Program-made: the position numbers and the translations under genes
The notes under the pieces: model-generated
The model's input: the letters and a program-made list of their open reading frames with translations, nothing else
Told to the model about the DNA's origin: nothing
The model's database searches: none
Assembly: GCA_964369415.1 (NCBI GenBank)
Contig: CAYJFP010000003.1
Span: 31,782 to 95,781, forward strand
Direction: 5' to 3'
Source of the DNA: an uncultured Eubacteriales bacterium
Lineage (GTDB): Bacteria; Bacillota; Clostridia; Oscillospirales; Acutalibacteraceae
Length of the DNA stretch: 64,000 nucleotides
Shown here: piece after piece, positions 47,861 to 56,895 of the stretch
How the letters are laid out: each line of letters starts with the position of its first letter
Numbering within the stretch: position 1 is the first letter of the stretch

Positions 47861-48417
47861 TGAGAGAGTTATCGCTTAATGTAATGGATATTTGTCAAAA
47901 TTCTGTCACGGCAAATTCTTCACTTATTGAAATATTTATTTCTGAGAACATGGATGAAGAAACGCTAGTCATAGAAATTAATGACAATGGTAAGGGAATG
48001 AGTGAAGAGCAGCTTTTAAACGTTATGAATCCGTTTTTCACCACCAGAACCACAAGAAAAGTTGGAATGGGAATACCGCTTTTTAAGATGGCGGCAGAGC
48101 TTACGGGTGGAAGTTTGACGATGCAGTCTAAGCTTTCGGTCGGAACGAAGCTTAAGGCTACTTTCATCACGTCTCACATAGACATGACGCCTATAGGAGA
48201 TATGAATTCGACGGTTTTACCTTTAGTAACCGGAAACACCGACATAGACTTTTTATACATTAGGAAATTGATAAAAAACGGTGAAGAGAAAAGCTTTACT
48301 TTAAACACAAAGGAAATGAAAGAGATACTTGGAGAAGGCGTTTCTTTAAACCTTCCCGATGTAGTTATTTTCATTAGAGATTTTCTTAACGAAAACACCA
48401 TGGAATTATATAGATAA
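47860..48417 (+). CDS. stand-alone GHKL (histidine-kinase-like) ATPase-domain protein inside the hydrogenase operon
   Basis: N-box region DICQNS, G1 DNGKGMS, G2 GMGIPLF. ATG overlaps the hydC stop (TAATG). Confidence 0.75.
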   Translation: MRELSLNVMDICQNSVTANSSLIEIFISENMDEETLVIEINDNGKGMSEEQLLNVMNPFFTTRTTRKVGMGIPLFKMAAELTGGSLTMQSKLSVGTKLKATFITSHIDMTPIGDMNSTVLPLVTGNTDIDFLYIRKLIKNGEEKSFTLNTKEMKEILGEGVSLNLPDVVIFIRDFLNENTMELYR

Positions 48418-48501
48418 CAATTTAGTGCCCACCTTCCGGGCAAAGGAAGGAGAAAGGCCGACTTGTAAAATAATATTAAGACAAGTCGTGATATTTAGAT
48501 T

Positions 48502-48873
48502 ATGAAATCTTTAGCCGAATTACAGGCAATCAGAGATAAAGCTAAACAAAGCATCGCTTTAAGAGGCGAATCTAATGCAAATGTTAGAGTTCTTGTAGGC
48601 ATGGCAACTTGCGGTATCGCAGCAGGTGCTAGACCAGTTCTTAACACTTTAACAGAAGAGGTTGCTAAAAGGCAACTTAGCGATGTTATCGTTACACAAA
48701 CAGGATGTATCGGTATTTGCCAATACGAGCCTGTTATCGAGATAGTTGATGCAGAAGGCGTAAAAACAACTTATGTTAAAATGACTTCTGAAAAAGCACT
48801 TAAAGTGGTAAATGATCACTTAGTAAACGGCAATGTTGTTACCGAATATACAATCGGTACTGAGCAGAAATAA
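48502..48873 (+). CDS. thioredoxin-like [2Fe-2S] ferredoxin subunit (HndB/HydD-like)
   Basis: VGMATCGIAAGA...TGCIGICQYEP. Confidence 0.8.
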   Translation: MKSLAELQAIRDKAKQSIALRGESNANVRVLVGMATCGIAAGARPVLNTLTEEVAKRQLSDVIVTQTGCIGICQYEPVIEIVDAEGVKTTYVKMTSEKALKVVNDHLVNGNVVTEYTIGTEQK

Positions 48874-48890
48874 GAAAGGATGAGAAATTA

Positions 48891-50681
48891 ATGTTTCGTT
48901 CAAATGTTTTAGTCTGCGGCGGAACCGGTTGTACTTCATCAAACAGTGAAGCTATAATTGCGAAAATGCAAGCAGAAATCAAGGCGCAAGGACTTGAAAA
49001 AGAAGTTAACGTCATAAGAACAGGATGTTTCGGCCTATGTGCTTTAGGACCTATTATGATAGTTTATCCGGAGGGCGCTTTTTACAGCATGGTTACTCCT
49101 GAAGATGTACCTGAAATTGTTGAAGAGCACCTTTTAAAAGGTCGTTTAGTTAAAAGACTTTTATACAAAGAGACAGTTGTTGATGAAAACACAACAAAAT
49201 CTCTTAATGAAACTAAGTTCTACGAAAAACAAATGCGTATAGCTCTTAGAAACTGCGGTGTTATCAATCCAGATGAAATTGATGAATACATAGCTCTAGA
49301 TGGTTATGCGGCTTTAGGTAAAGTATTAACAGAGATGACTCCTGAAACACTTATTCAAGAAATGCTTGATTCAGGACTAAGAGGAAGAGGCGGCGCCGGC
49401 TTCCCAACAGGTTTAAAATGGAAATTTGCAGCGGCTAATGCGGCTGACCAAAAATATGTATGTTGTAACGCCGACGAAGGTGACCCAGGTGCATTTATGG
49501 ATAGATCTATCCTTGAAGGCGACCCACACTCAGTTATCGAGGCTATGGCTATCGCAGGTTATGCAATAGGCGCAACACAAGGTTACATCTACATTCGTAC
49601 AGAGTATCCAATAGCTGTTGAAAGACTTAATAACGCTATTGAAAAAGCTAAAGAATATGGACTACTCGGTAAAGATATCTTCGGAACAGGCTTTGAGTTT
49701 AATCTTGAAATCAGAGAAGGTGCCGGCGCATTCGTTTGCGGTGAAGAAACAGCTCTTATGACTTCTATCGAAGGCAAAAGAGGCGAGCCACGTTGCCGTC
49801 CTCCTTTCCCAGCTGTTAAAGGTCTATTTGGAAAACCAACTGTTCTAAACAACGTTGAAACATATGCTAATATTCCACAAATCATCTTAAAAGGTGCACC
49901 ATGGTTTAAAGCTATCGGTACTGAAAAATCAGCCGGTACAAAAGTTTTCGCTCTAGGCGGAAAAATCACAAACACTGGTCTTGTTGAAGTTCCTATGGGA
50001 ACAACTCTTCGTGAAGTTGTCGAGGAAATCGGCGGCGGCATCCCAGGCGGTCACACATTTAAAGCTGCTCAAACTGGTGGACCATCAGGCGGATGTATCC
50101 CAGCTTCATTAATCGATACACCTATCGACTATGATAACCTATTATCAATCGGTTCTATGATGGGTTCTGGCGGACTTATCGTTATGGATGAAACCACATG
50201 TATGGTTGACATCGCTAAGTTCTTCCTTGACTTTACAGTTGATGAAAGCTGTGGTAAATGTACTCCTTGCCGTGTTGGTACTAGAAGACTTCTTGAAATA
50301 CTTGAAAAAATCACAAACGGACAAGGAACACTTGAAGACCTTGATAAAATGCAAGAACTTTGCCATTATATCAAAGAAAATTCACTTTGCGGTCTTGGAC
50401 AAACAGCTCCAAACCCTGTTCTTTCAACACTTCACTACTACCGTGATGAATATGAAGCTCATGTTACAGAAAAACGCTGTCCTGCTGGCGCTTGTAAGGC
50501 TCTTACAAACTATGTTGTTATCGCCGACAAGTGTAAAGGATGTACTTTATGTAAGAGAAACTGTCCTGTTGATGCTATCGAAGGCAGTGTTAAAGAAGCT
50601 CATGTTATCGATGTTGCTAAATGTATTAAATGCGGAGTTTGCATGGAAAAATGTAAATTTGACGCTATTGTTAAGAGATAA
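48891..50681 (+). CDS. hydB: [FeFe]-hydrogenase NuoF-like flavoprotein subunit (HydB/HndC)
   Basis: N-terminal [2Fe-2S] domain. GRGGAGFPTGLKW (FMN/NADH site). ESCGKCTPCR. Two C-terminal CxxCxxCxxxCP ferredoxin motifs. Confidence 0.93.
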   Translation: MFRSNVLVCGGTGCTSSNSEAIIAKMQAEIKAQGLEKEVNVIRTGCFGLCALGPIMIVYPEGAFYSMVTPEDVPEIVEEHLLKGRLVKRLLYKETVVDENTTKSLNETKFYEKQMRIALRNCGVINPDEIDEYIALDGYAALGKVLTEMTPETLIQEMLDSGLRGRGGAGFPTGLKWKFAAANAADQKYVCCNADEGDPGAFMDRSILEGDPHSVIEAMAIAGYAIGATQGYIYIRTEYPIAVERLNNAIEKAKEYGLLGKDIFGTGFEFNLEIREGAGAFVCGEETALMTSIEGKRGEPRCRPPFPAVKGLFGKPTVLNNVETYANIPQIILKGAPWFKAIGTEKSAGTKVFALGGKITNTGLVEVPMGTTLREVVEEIGGGIPGGHTFKAAQTGGPSGGCIPASLIDTPIDYDNLLSIGSMMGSGGLIVMDETTCMVDIAKFFLDFTVDESCGKCTPCRVGTRRLLEILEKITNGQGTLEDLDKMQELCHYIKENSLCGLGQTAPNPVLSTLHYYRDEYEAHVTEKRCPAGACKALTNYVVIADKCKGCTLCKRNCPVDAIEGSVKEAHVIDVAKCIKCGVCMEKCKFDAIVKR

Positions 50682-50696
50682 GAAAGGAAAAAAGTT

Positions 50697-52427
50697 ATGG
50701 TAAATGTTAAAATAAACGGTATGCCCTTTGAAGTAGAAGATGGTATAACCATACTTGAAGCGGCAAGAGTAGCCGGTATTGATATTCCTACTTTGTGCTT
50801 TTTAAAAGATATGAATCAAATCGGTGCATGCCGTATATGTACTGTTGAAGTTAAAGGCGCAAGAAGCCTTGTTGCATCTTGTGTATACCCTGTAAATGAG
50901 GGTATGGAAATTCAAACAAACTCACCTAAAGTTCAAAAGTCAAGAGAAATGACTCTAAAAATGCTTCTTTCTATCCACGATAGAAAATGTCTTTCTTGCG
51001 TAAGAAACGGCTCATGCGAACTTCAAAGCCTTTGCAACGACATGGGAATTGAAGAAGAAAATGAGTGGGACGGCGCAAAACCTGCTGGTGAAGACGACAA
51101 AACAACTCTTTATCTTGAAAGAGACAATGCAAAATGTATTCTTTGTAGACGTTGTGTAGCGGCTTGCCAAAATCAAAAAGTTGCTGTTATCGGCGCTAAC
51201 AACAGAGGATTCGACACTGCTATCGGTTGTGCTTTCGAGGCACCTCTTGCCGATTCACCATGTGTAGCTTGCGGACAATGTATCAACGTATGTCCTACAG
51301 GTGCGCTTAAAGAAAAAAGCGAAATTAAAGAAATTTTTGCTGCGATTGCTGATCCTACAAAACACGTTGTTGTTCAAACAGCTCCTTCTGTTAGAGCGGC
51401 TCTTGGCGAAGAGTTCGGTTATCCAATCGGAACAAATGTTGAAGGCAAAATGGCTGCTGCTCTTAGAAGACTTGGCTTTAGCAAAGTTTTCGATACCGAC
51501 TTTGGCGCTGACATGACTATCATGGAAGAAGCTACAGAGTTTTTAGACAGAGTTAAAAACGGCGGTAAACTTCCGATTATCACTTCATGTTCACCAGGAT
51601 GGGTTAAATTCTGCGAGCACTACCACCCAGATATGATTGAAAATCTATCTTCTTGTAAATCACCTCAACAAATGACAGGTGCTCTTATCAAAACATGGTA
51701 TGCAGAAAAAGAAGGAATTGATCCTAAAGATATCGTAAGCGTTTCGGTTATGCCTTGTATCGCAAAGAAATTTGAGATTGAGCGTGAAAACCAAGCAGCT
51801 GCGGGACTTCAAGATGTTGACTTCAGCATGACAACTAGAGAGCTTGCTAGAATGATTAAAATGGCTAAACTTAACTTCGATAGACTTCCAGAAGAGAAAT
51901 TTGACGAAGCTATGGGCGAATCTACAGGTGCGGCTGTTATCTTCGGTGCTACAGGCGGCGTTATGGAAGCGGCTTTAAGAACAGCGGCTGACGTATTAAC
52001 AGGCGAAGACCTAGCTTCAGTTGATTATAAAGAAGTTAGAGGAACAGACGGAATTAAAGAGGCTACTTACAACGTTGCTGGCATGGACGTAAATGTTGCA
52101 GTTGTTAGTGGACTTGAAAATGCCGATAAAGTTCTAAAAGACATCAAAGCCGGCAAAGCTAACTATCATATCGTTGAAATCATGTGTTGCCCAGGCGGCT
52201 GTGTAAACGGCGGCGGACAACCTATCCAAAATGCTACTGTAAGAAGCTTTACAGATATCAAAACTCTTAGAGCTTCCGCATTATATGGCCAAGATGTTGA
52301 CATGCCACTTAGAAAGAGCCATCAAAACCCACTTGTTAAAAAGTGCTATGATGAATTCCTTGAAAAACCAGGCAGTCACAAATCCCACCACATCCTCCAT
52401 ACATCTTATGTAAAAAGAGGCAAATAA
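50697..52427 (+). CDS. hydA: [FeFe]-hydrogenase catalytic subunit (group A3, bifurcating HydABC type)
   Basis: N-terminal 2Fe-2S and 4Fe-4S domains. H-cluster motifs L1 TSCSPGW (atypical), L2 MPCIAKKFE, L3 EIMCCPGGCVNGGGQP. Confidence 0.93.
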   Translation: MVNVKINGMPFEVEDGITILEAARVAGIDIPTLCFLKDMNQIGACRICTVEVKGARSLVASCVYPVNEGMEIQTNSPKVQKSREMTLKMLLSIHDRKCLSCVRNGSCELQSLCNDMGIEEENEWDGAKPAGEDDKTTLYLERDNAKCILCRRCVAACQNQKVAVIGANNRGFDTAIGCAFEAPLADSPCVACGQCINVCPTGALKEKSEIKEIFAAIADPTKHVVVQTAPSVRAALGEEFGYPIGTNVEGKMAAALRRLGFSKVFDTDFGADMTIMEEATEFLDRVKNGGKLPIITSCSPGWVKFCEHYHPDMIENLSSCKSPQQMTGALIKTWYAEKEGIDPKDIVSVSVMPCIAKKFEIERENQAAAGLQDVDFSMTTRELARMIKMAKLNFDRLPEEKFDEAMGESTGAAVIFGATGGVMEAALRTAADVLTGEDLASVDYKEVRGTDGIKEATYNVAGMDVNVAVVSGLENADKVLKDIKAGKANYHIVEIMCCPGGCVNGGGQPIQNATVRSFTDIKTLRASALYGQDVDMPLRKSHQNPLVKKCYDEFLEKPGSHKSHHILHTSYVKRGK

Positions 52428-52435
52428 AAATTTTA

Positions 52436-52464
52436 GCGGGACTGAATTTCAGTCCCGCTTTTTA
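52436..52464 (+). terminator. intrinsic terminator of the hydrogenase operon
   Basis: GCGGGACTGAATTTCAGTCCCGC followed by TTTTTAT. Confidence 0.85.
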
Positions 52465-52477
52465 TCAAATCAAGTAT

Positions 52478-52508
52478 AAAAAAGACTAGGATTAATCCTA
52501 GTCTTTTT
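52478..52508 (-). terminator. intrinsic terminator of the GNAT gene
   Basis: GACTAGGA-TTAA-TCCTAGTC flanked by A5 and T5 runs. Confidence 0.7.
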
Positions 52509-52509
52509 A

Positions 52510-53154
52510 CTATTTTGCCGTTCTTATTATTTCCTGTATGATGCTTTTATCATATAAATCTTTGAGCACTTCTAGCGCTTCGTTAAAGTCGTTTGGGTAA
52601 ATTTTATAGCTTTTTCCGCCATTTTCTGCTATGGCTATTTTCTTGTCTTTGCAGAAGTAATATCCAAGCTTCATGTAGCACAAAACTGCTTTTTCACTCC
52701 ATGTTTGCGTGTGTAAAATTACATCTAAGCCTTTGTCCACTTCTAAAAAAAGCCTTGTCACTTTCTGTATTATTGCACGTCCAAGACCCAATCCTTGACA
52801 GTCTGGATGCACCGCTATCCAGTGTAGCGATGGAGCATAACCAAGCTCTTTGGTGTCCGAAAACCACGCCGTACCCGTTGCTACAGGAATTCCTTTAGGA
52901 TTTTTTATAAATACACACCTTTTTCTAAGCTCGTTTTCAAACGGCAGATAATCTCTTACAAAATATTTTAAAGCATCGTTTTCACTACCGAATTCCAAAA
53001 CAGAAGTTTCGATTCTCGCCCAATCTTTTTCCATTCCTTCTTCAAAAAAGCAAAATGTATAGCCTTCTGGCAAAACTGGTTCTTTTATTTTAGAGATGTC
53101 CTCACTTTTTATCTCCATAATTATATTTTTATACGGTATTTTCTTATTTAGCAT
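52510..53154 (-). CDS. GNAT-family N-acetyltransferase
   Basis: Acetyl-CoA loop VHPDCQGLGLGRAII. Confidence 0.8.
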   Translation of the reverse strand: MLNKKIPYKNIIMEIKSEDISKIKEPVLPEGYTFCFFEEGMEKDWARIETSVLEFGSENDALKYFVRDYLPFENELRKRCVFIKNPKGIPVATGTAWFSDTKELGYAPSLHWIAVHPDCQGLGLGRAIIQKVTRLFLEVDKGLDVILHTQTWSEKAVLCYMKLGYYFCKDKKIAIAENGGKSYKIYPNDFNEALEVLKDLYDKSIIQEIIRTAK

Positions 53155-53170
53155 ATTTTTACTCCTATTA

Positions 53171-54367
53171 TTACTTGATTTTTATCGTTCCTGTTTGATT
53201 TTTTTGGTCTATTTCTATCTCTGCATTAAGCATTTTTTCCAAATCTTCCACCGAAAAAGCTCTTCCCGAAACCGTACCGTTGCTACTTTCTTCTGCCGGA
53301 GTGTCTAGCATAAGCTGTTCTCCATCTTTATACACGGTAAAATCTATAAACTCGCTGTCATCATTTAGCACAAGTCTTGCATTAAACTCAGAACCACCTA
53401 TGCTCCACTTACCAATTAAATCTTCGCTTTCATAAGTTCCGCCTAAACTTTCAACTAATTCTTTAAACACACCCTTGTCCGAATAGTTGTAATTTTCAAA
53501 CGATTCTTGACAAGGGTCAAACTCACTCGACCAATATTTATCGCTCTTTACGTCATATTTAAAATAGTAGTATTCGTCTTCATCACTGCTATTTATTTTA
53601 GCAATCTTAAAGTACTCGGCGGGGTATTTGTAGAGTATTTCATCGGGCAGTATGTAATAAACTTCACTCATGTCTCTTACATGATAGACAAAACCTCTTT
53701 CTAAGCTCACAAAAATGTCTTCAGCTTTTTTTCGCTCGCTTTCATGTTCCGAAAAAGCAACACGCCCTCCTGTGCAGTTATAATGACCTTTCCACTCGTC
53801 TGTATCTCCAGATAATTCACCAACATCAGGCTTTATGCTTATGCTTGCATATGAACTTCTACTCTCGCTTGGATAATTGGTATAATCACATTCATATGCA
53901 ATTACGTTATCAATTTCAGCTAATAGCGCTGATGCCTCTTCAAGCTCTTTATATGAATACAAGAACAGTTGGATAAATCCATCTTCAAAACTATATTCTA
54001 AATTGTAAGTATTTAAAACTCCACTTATTTCGTCCGATTTAAAGTCAATCATCTTGGCTTTATAGTTATTAGACCTATTTTCTTCATAAAAAACAGTTTG
54101 ACTTCCTAGAAAACCAATATGATTTGTAGTAGCATAAACAGAAAATTCTAAACCACTGTCATCCAAGAAAACATACTCGTAAATCATATTTCTCTCATCG
54201 TCATGCTCATCAGGATAAGAGAGTTCCTCTATTAATTCTATGTCACTGCCAAAAATATCAGTGGCATACTTCATCATTTCCCTTTTAGAGTAATAAGTAG
54301 GATCTGTCGTGCAAGCTGCAAGCGACAAAATAGTAATTATAGTCAATAAAAAAATAATTTTTTTCAA
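53171..54367 (-). CDS. hypothetical lipoprotein
   Basis: Signal peptide plus lipobox LSLAAC. No catalytic motif recognised. Confidence 0.6.
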   Translation of the reverse strand: MKKIIFLLTIITILSLAACTTDPTYYSKREMMKYATDIFGSDIELIEELSYPDEHDDERNMIYEYVFLDDSGLEFSVYATTNHIGFLGSQTVFYEENRSNNYKAKMIDFKSDEISGVLNTYNLEYSFEDGFIQLFLYSYKELEEASALLAEIDNVIAYECDYTNYPSESRSSYASISIKPDVGELSGDTDEWKGHYNCTGGRVAFSEHESERKKAEDIFVSLERGFVYHVRDMSEVYYILPDEILYKYPAEYFKIAKINSSDEDEYYYFKYDVKSDKYWSSEFDPCQESFENYNYSDKGVFKELVESLGGTYESEDLIGKWSIGGSEFNARLVLNDDSEFIDFTVYKDGEQLMLDTPAEESSNGTVSGRAFSVEDLEKMLNAEIEIDQKNQTGTIKIK

Positions 54368-54489
54368 TTCGTTTACCTCACATTTAATTGTTTCAATAGA
54401 TTATACTATTTTTTTATAAAAAAATCAATTTTGTATATATCTTAAATATTTTTTATGCTATAATGGTAAAAAAAGTTTGGAGTGATTTT

Positions 54490-56679
54490 ATGATTAAATT
54501 TAACAGCGGTACTTTTCATTTACAAAATGATAAAATTAGCTATATTATTAAAATTTTGAAGAATAATCATTTAGGGCATTTATATTTTGGAAAAAAAGTC
54601 TTCGATAGAGATAACTTTGATCATCTTTTACTTGAAAGAGAGTGTTCATTTTCTCCGTATCCTTTTAAGGAGAACCCTAATTTTTCCCTTGAATCCATAA
54701 AGCAGGAGTACCCTTGCTATGGAACAGGCGATTATAGAAATCCTGCGTTTCAACTAGAATTAAGTGACGGAAGTAGGATAACAAATTTTGTGTATAAGAG
54801 CCATGAAATATTTGATGGCAAAAATCCACTTAAGGGACTTCCACACATTCATGGAGATGATATTGAATCCCTAGAAATTACACTTCATGATGAAAAAATT
54901 AATTGTGATTTAATTTTGAATTATAGTATCTTCAAAAATGAACCTGGAATAGTTCGAAGTGCCAAATTTATAAATCATTCTGATGAATCTGTTAAAATTT
55001 TAAGCGCCATGAGTTCTTCTATAGATTTTTATGACAGTGACTATCAAATGATGAGCCTTGACGGTTCATGGGCAAGAGAAAGGCATGTACACACAAGAAA
55101 ACTTACAAGTGGTGTGCAATCGGTTTCAAGTGCTAGAGGTGCAAGCAGTGCACAACACAATCCATTTATAGCACTTAAACGTGAATCGACCACCGAAAAC
55201 GCAGGCGAAGCTATTGGCTTTAGCCTTATTTACAGTGGAAACTTTTTGGCATCTTGTGAAGTTGATGCATTTGATGTCACTAGAGTTATCATCGGTATAA
55301 ATCCGTTTGAATTTTCATGGACACTTGATGGTTCTATGAGTTTTCAGACACCCGAAAGCGTCTTGGTATACAGCGAAAATGGTCTTAACGGCATGAGTCA
55401 GGCGTATCACAATATTTTTATAAATAATCTGATGAAAAGCAAGTATAAAAATAAGACAAGACCCATTCTTTTAAACAACTGGGAAGCGACTTACTTTGAT
55501 TTTAGTGAAGAGAGCATTTTGGAAATAGCCAGAAAAGCTAAGGAGCTTGGAATCGAACTTTTCGTCTTAGATGATGGCTGGTTTGGCAGCAGAAGCAGTG
55601 ATGAATCTTCGCTTGGTGACTGGGATGTGAATTTAGAGAAAATCCCAAGTGACATGAGCGGACTATCTAAAAAAATCAATGATTTAGGGCTTGATTTTGG
55701 TCTTTGGTTTGAGCCTGAAATGATAAATGAAGTAAGCGAGCTTTACAAAAAACACAGCGACTATGTAATTTCTGTTCCAGGCCAAAACAAAAGCTACAGC
55801 CGACATCAATTTGTGCTTGATTTTAGCCGTGACGAGGTTGTCACTTATATTTTTAATAAGATTAAAGTGATTCTCGATAAGTCTAGTATTTCCTATATAA
55901 AATGGGATATGAATAGAAATATCACCGAGGCATACAGCTTAGGTTTAAGCAGCGACAGGCAAAAAGAGTTTTTCCATAGGTATATTTTAGGCGTTTACGA
56001 CTTGTACGAACGGCTTACAAGTGCTTATCCTGATATTTTGTTCGAATCATGTGCTGGTGGCGGCGGAAGATTTGATCCTGGTATGCTTTATTATGCGCCG
56101 CAAACATGGACAAGCGACAACACTGATGCGGTCGAAAGGCTTCATATTCAGTATGGCACATCTATGGTATATCCTATTGTAAGTATGGGTAGTCATGTCT
56201 CAGCAGTTCCTAATCATCAAGTGTTAAGAAACACCAGTTTGGATATGAGAGCAAACGTTGCCTATTTTGGTACTTTCGGTTACGAACTTGACGTCAACAA
56301 AATGACTTCGGATGAGCAAATAGAAGTTAAGAGCCAAATTGAATTTTTCAAAAAGCACCGTGAAGTAATACAGTTCGGTGATTTTTACCGACTTAAGCAA
56401 GGAAATATTTATAGCTGGCAAGTAGTTTCTAAAGATAAAGAAACTGCCATATTCGCCTTTTACCAAATACTTTTTCAGGCTAATCCCTCAATTAAAAAAA
56501 TAAGACTTGAAGGACTAGATCCTCAAAGCATTTATACATGCGAAACTGACGGTAAAGAGTATTTTGGCGATGAGCTAATGAATATTGGCTATATCTGCCC
56601 ATTAGAGTATGGTGGTGTTGCCGACGATAAAAATAAAGGCGACTTCACTTCACATGTGTATATTTTCCACAAAAAATAA
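54490..56679 (+). CDS. alpha-galactosidase, glycoside hydrolase family 36
   Basis: LDDGWF, nucleophile context YIKWDMNR, CAGGGGRFD, acid/base context TWTSDNTDA. ATG 54490 behind GGAG. Confidence 0.92.
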   Translation: MIKFNSGTFHLQNDKISYIIKILKNNHLGHLYFGKKVFDRDNFDHLLLERECSFSPYPFKENPNFSLESIKQEYPCYGTGDYRNPAFQLELSDGSRITNFVYKSHEIFDGKNPLKGLPHIHGDDIESLEITLHDEKINCDLILNYSIFKNEPGIVRSAKFINHSDESVKILSAMSSSIDFYDSDYQMMSLDGSWARERHVHTRKLTSGVQSVSSARGASSAQHNPFIALKRESTTENAGEAIGFSLIYSGNFLASCEVDAFDVTRVIIGINPFEFSWTLDGSMSFQTPESVLVYSENGLNGMSQAYHNIFINNLMKSKYKNKTRPILLNNWEATYFDFSEESILEIARKAKELGIELFVLDDGWFGSRSSDESSLGDWDVNLEKIPSDMSGLSKKINDLGLDFGLWFEPEMINEVSELYKKHSDYVISVPGQNKSYSRHQFVLDFSRDEVVTYIFNKIKVILDKSSISYIKWDMNRNITEAYSLGLSSDRQKEFFHRYILGVYDLYERLTSAYPDILFESCAGGGGRFDPGMLYYAPQTWTSDNTDAVERLHIQYGTSMVYPIVSMGSHVSAVPNHQVLRNTSLDMRANVAYFGTFGYELDVNKMTSDEQIEVKSQIEFFKKHREVIQFGDFYRLKQGNIYSWQVVSKDKETAIFAFYQILFQANPSIKKIRLEGLDPQSIYTCETDGKEYFGDELMNIGYICPLEYGGVADDKNKGDFTSHVYIFHKK

Positions 56680-56692
56680 TTTTATTATATTT

Positions 56693-56730
56693 AGCCTGTG
56701 TCAAATTAAGTTGACACAGGCTATTTAAAT
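56693..56730 (+). terminator. intrinsic terminator of the alpha-galactosidase gene
   Basis: 12-bp stem AGCCTGTGTCAA/TTGACACAGGCT followed by an A/T-rich tail. Confidence 0.65.
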
Positions 56731-56807
56731 TTATTAAATTTTACTTTTTTAAGCCCTTTCAAAATATAAGTTTATTATTTGTTTTTAGAAAAATATATAT
56801 TTAACTA

Positions 56808-56836
56808 TTGGTTTTTTTTTAAAAATCATGTATAAT
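56808..56836 (+). promoter_or_regulatory. putative sigma-A promoter of the diguanylate cyclase gene containing a T9 tract
   Basis: TTGGTT (56808-56813), 17-nt spacer, TATAAT (56831-56836). T run at 56812-56820. Confidence 0.45.
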
Positions 56837-56895
56837 ACTAATGTGTAAGTATTACACACTAGTTTTAGCTTTACTACGTTAGGAGGTATTCTTCT

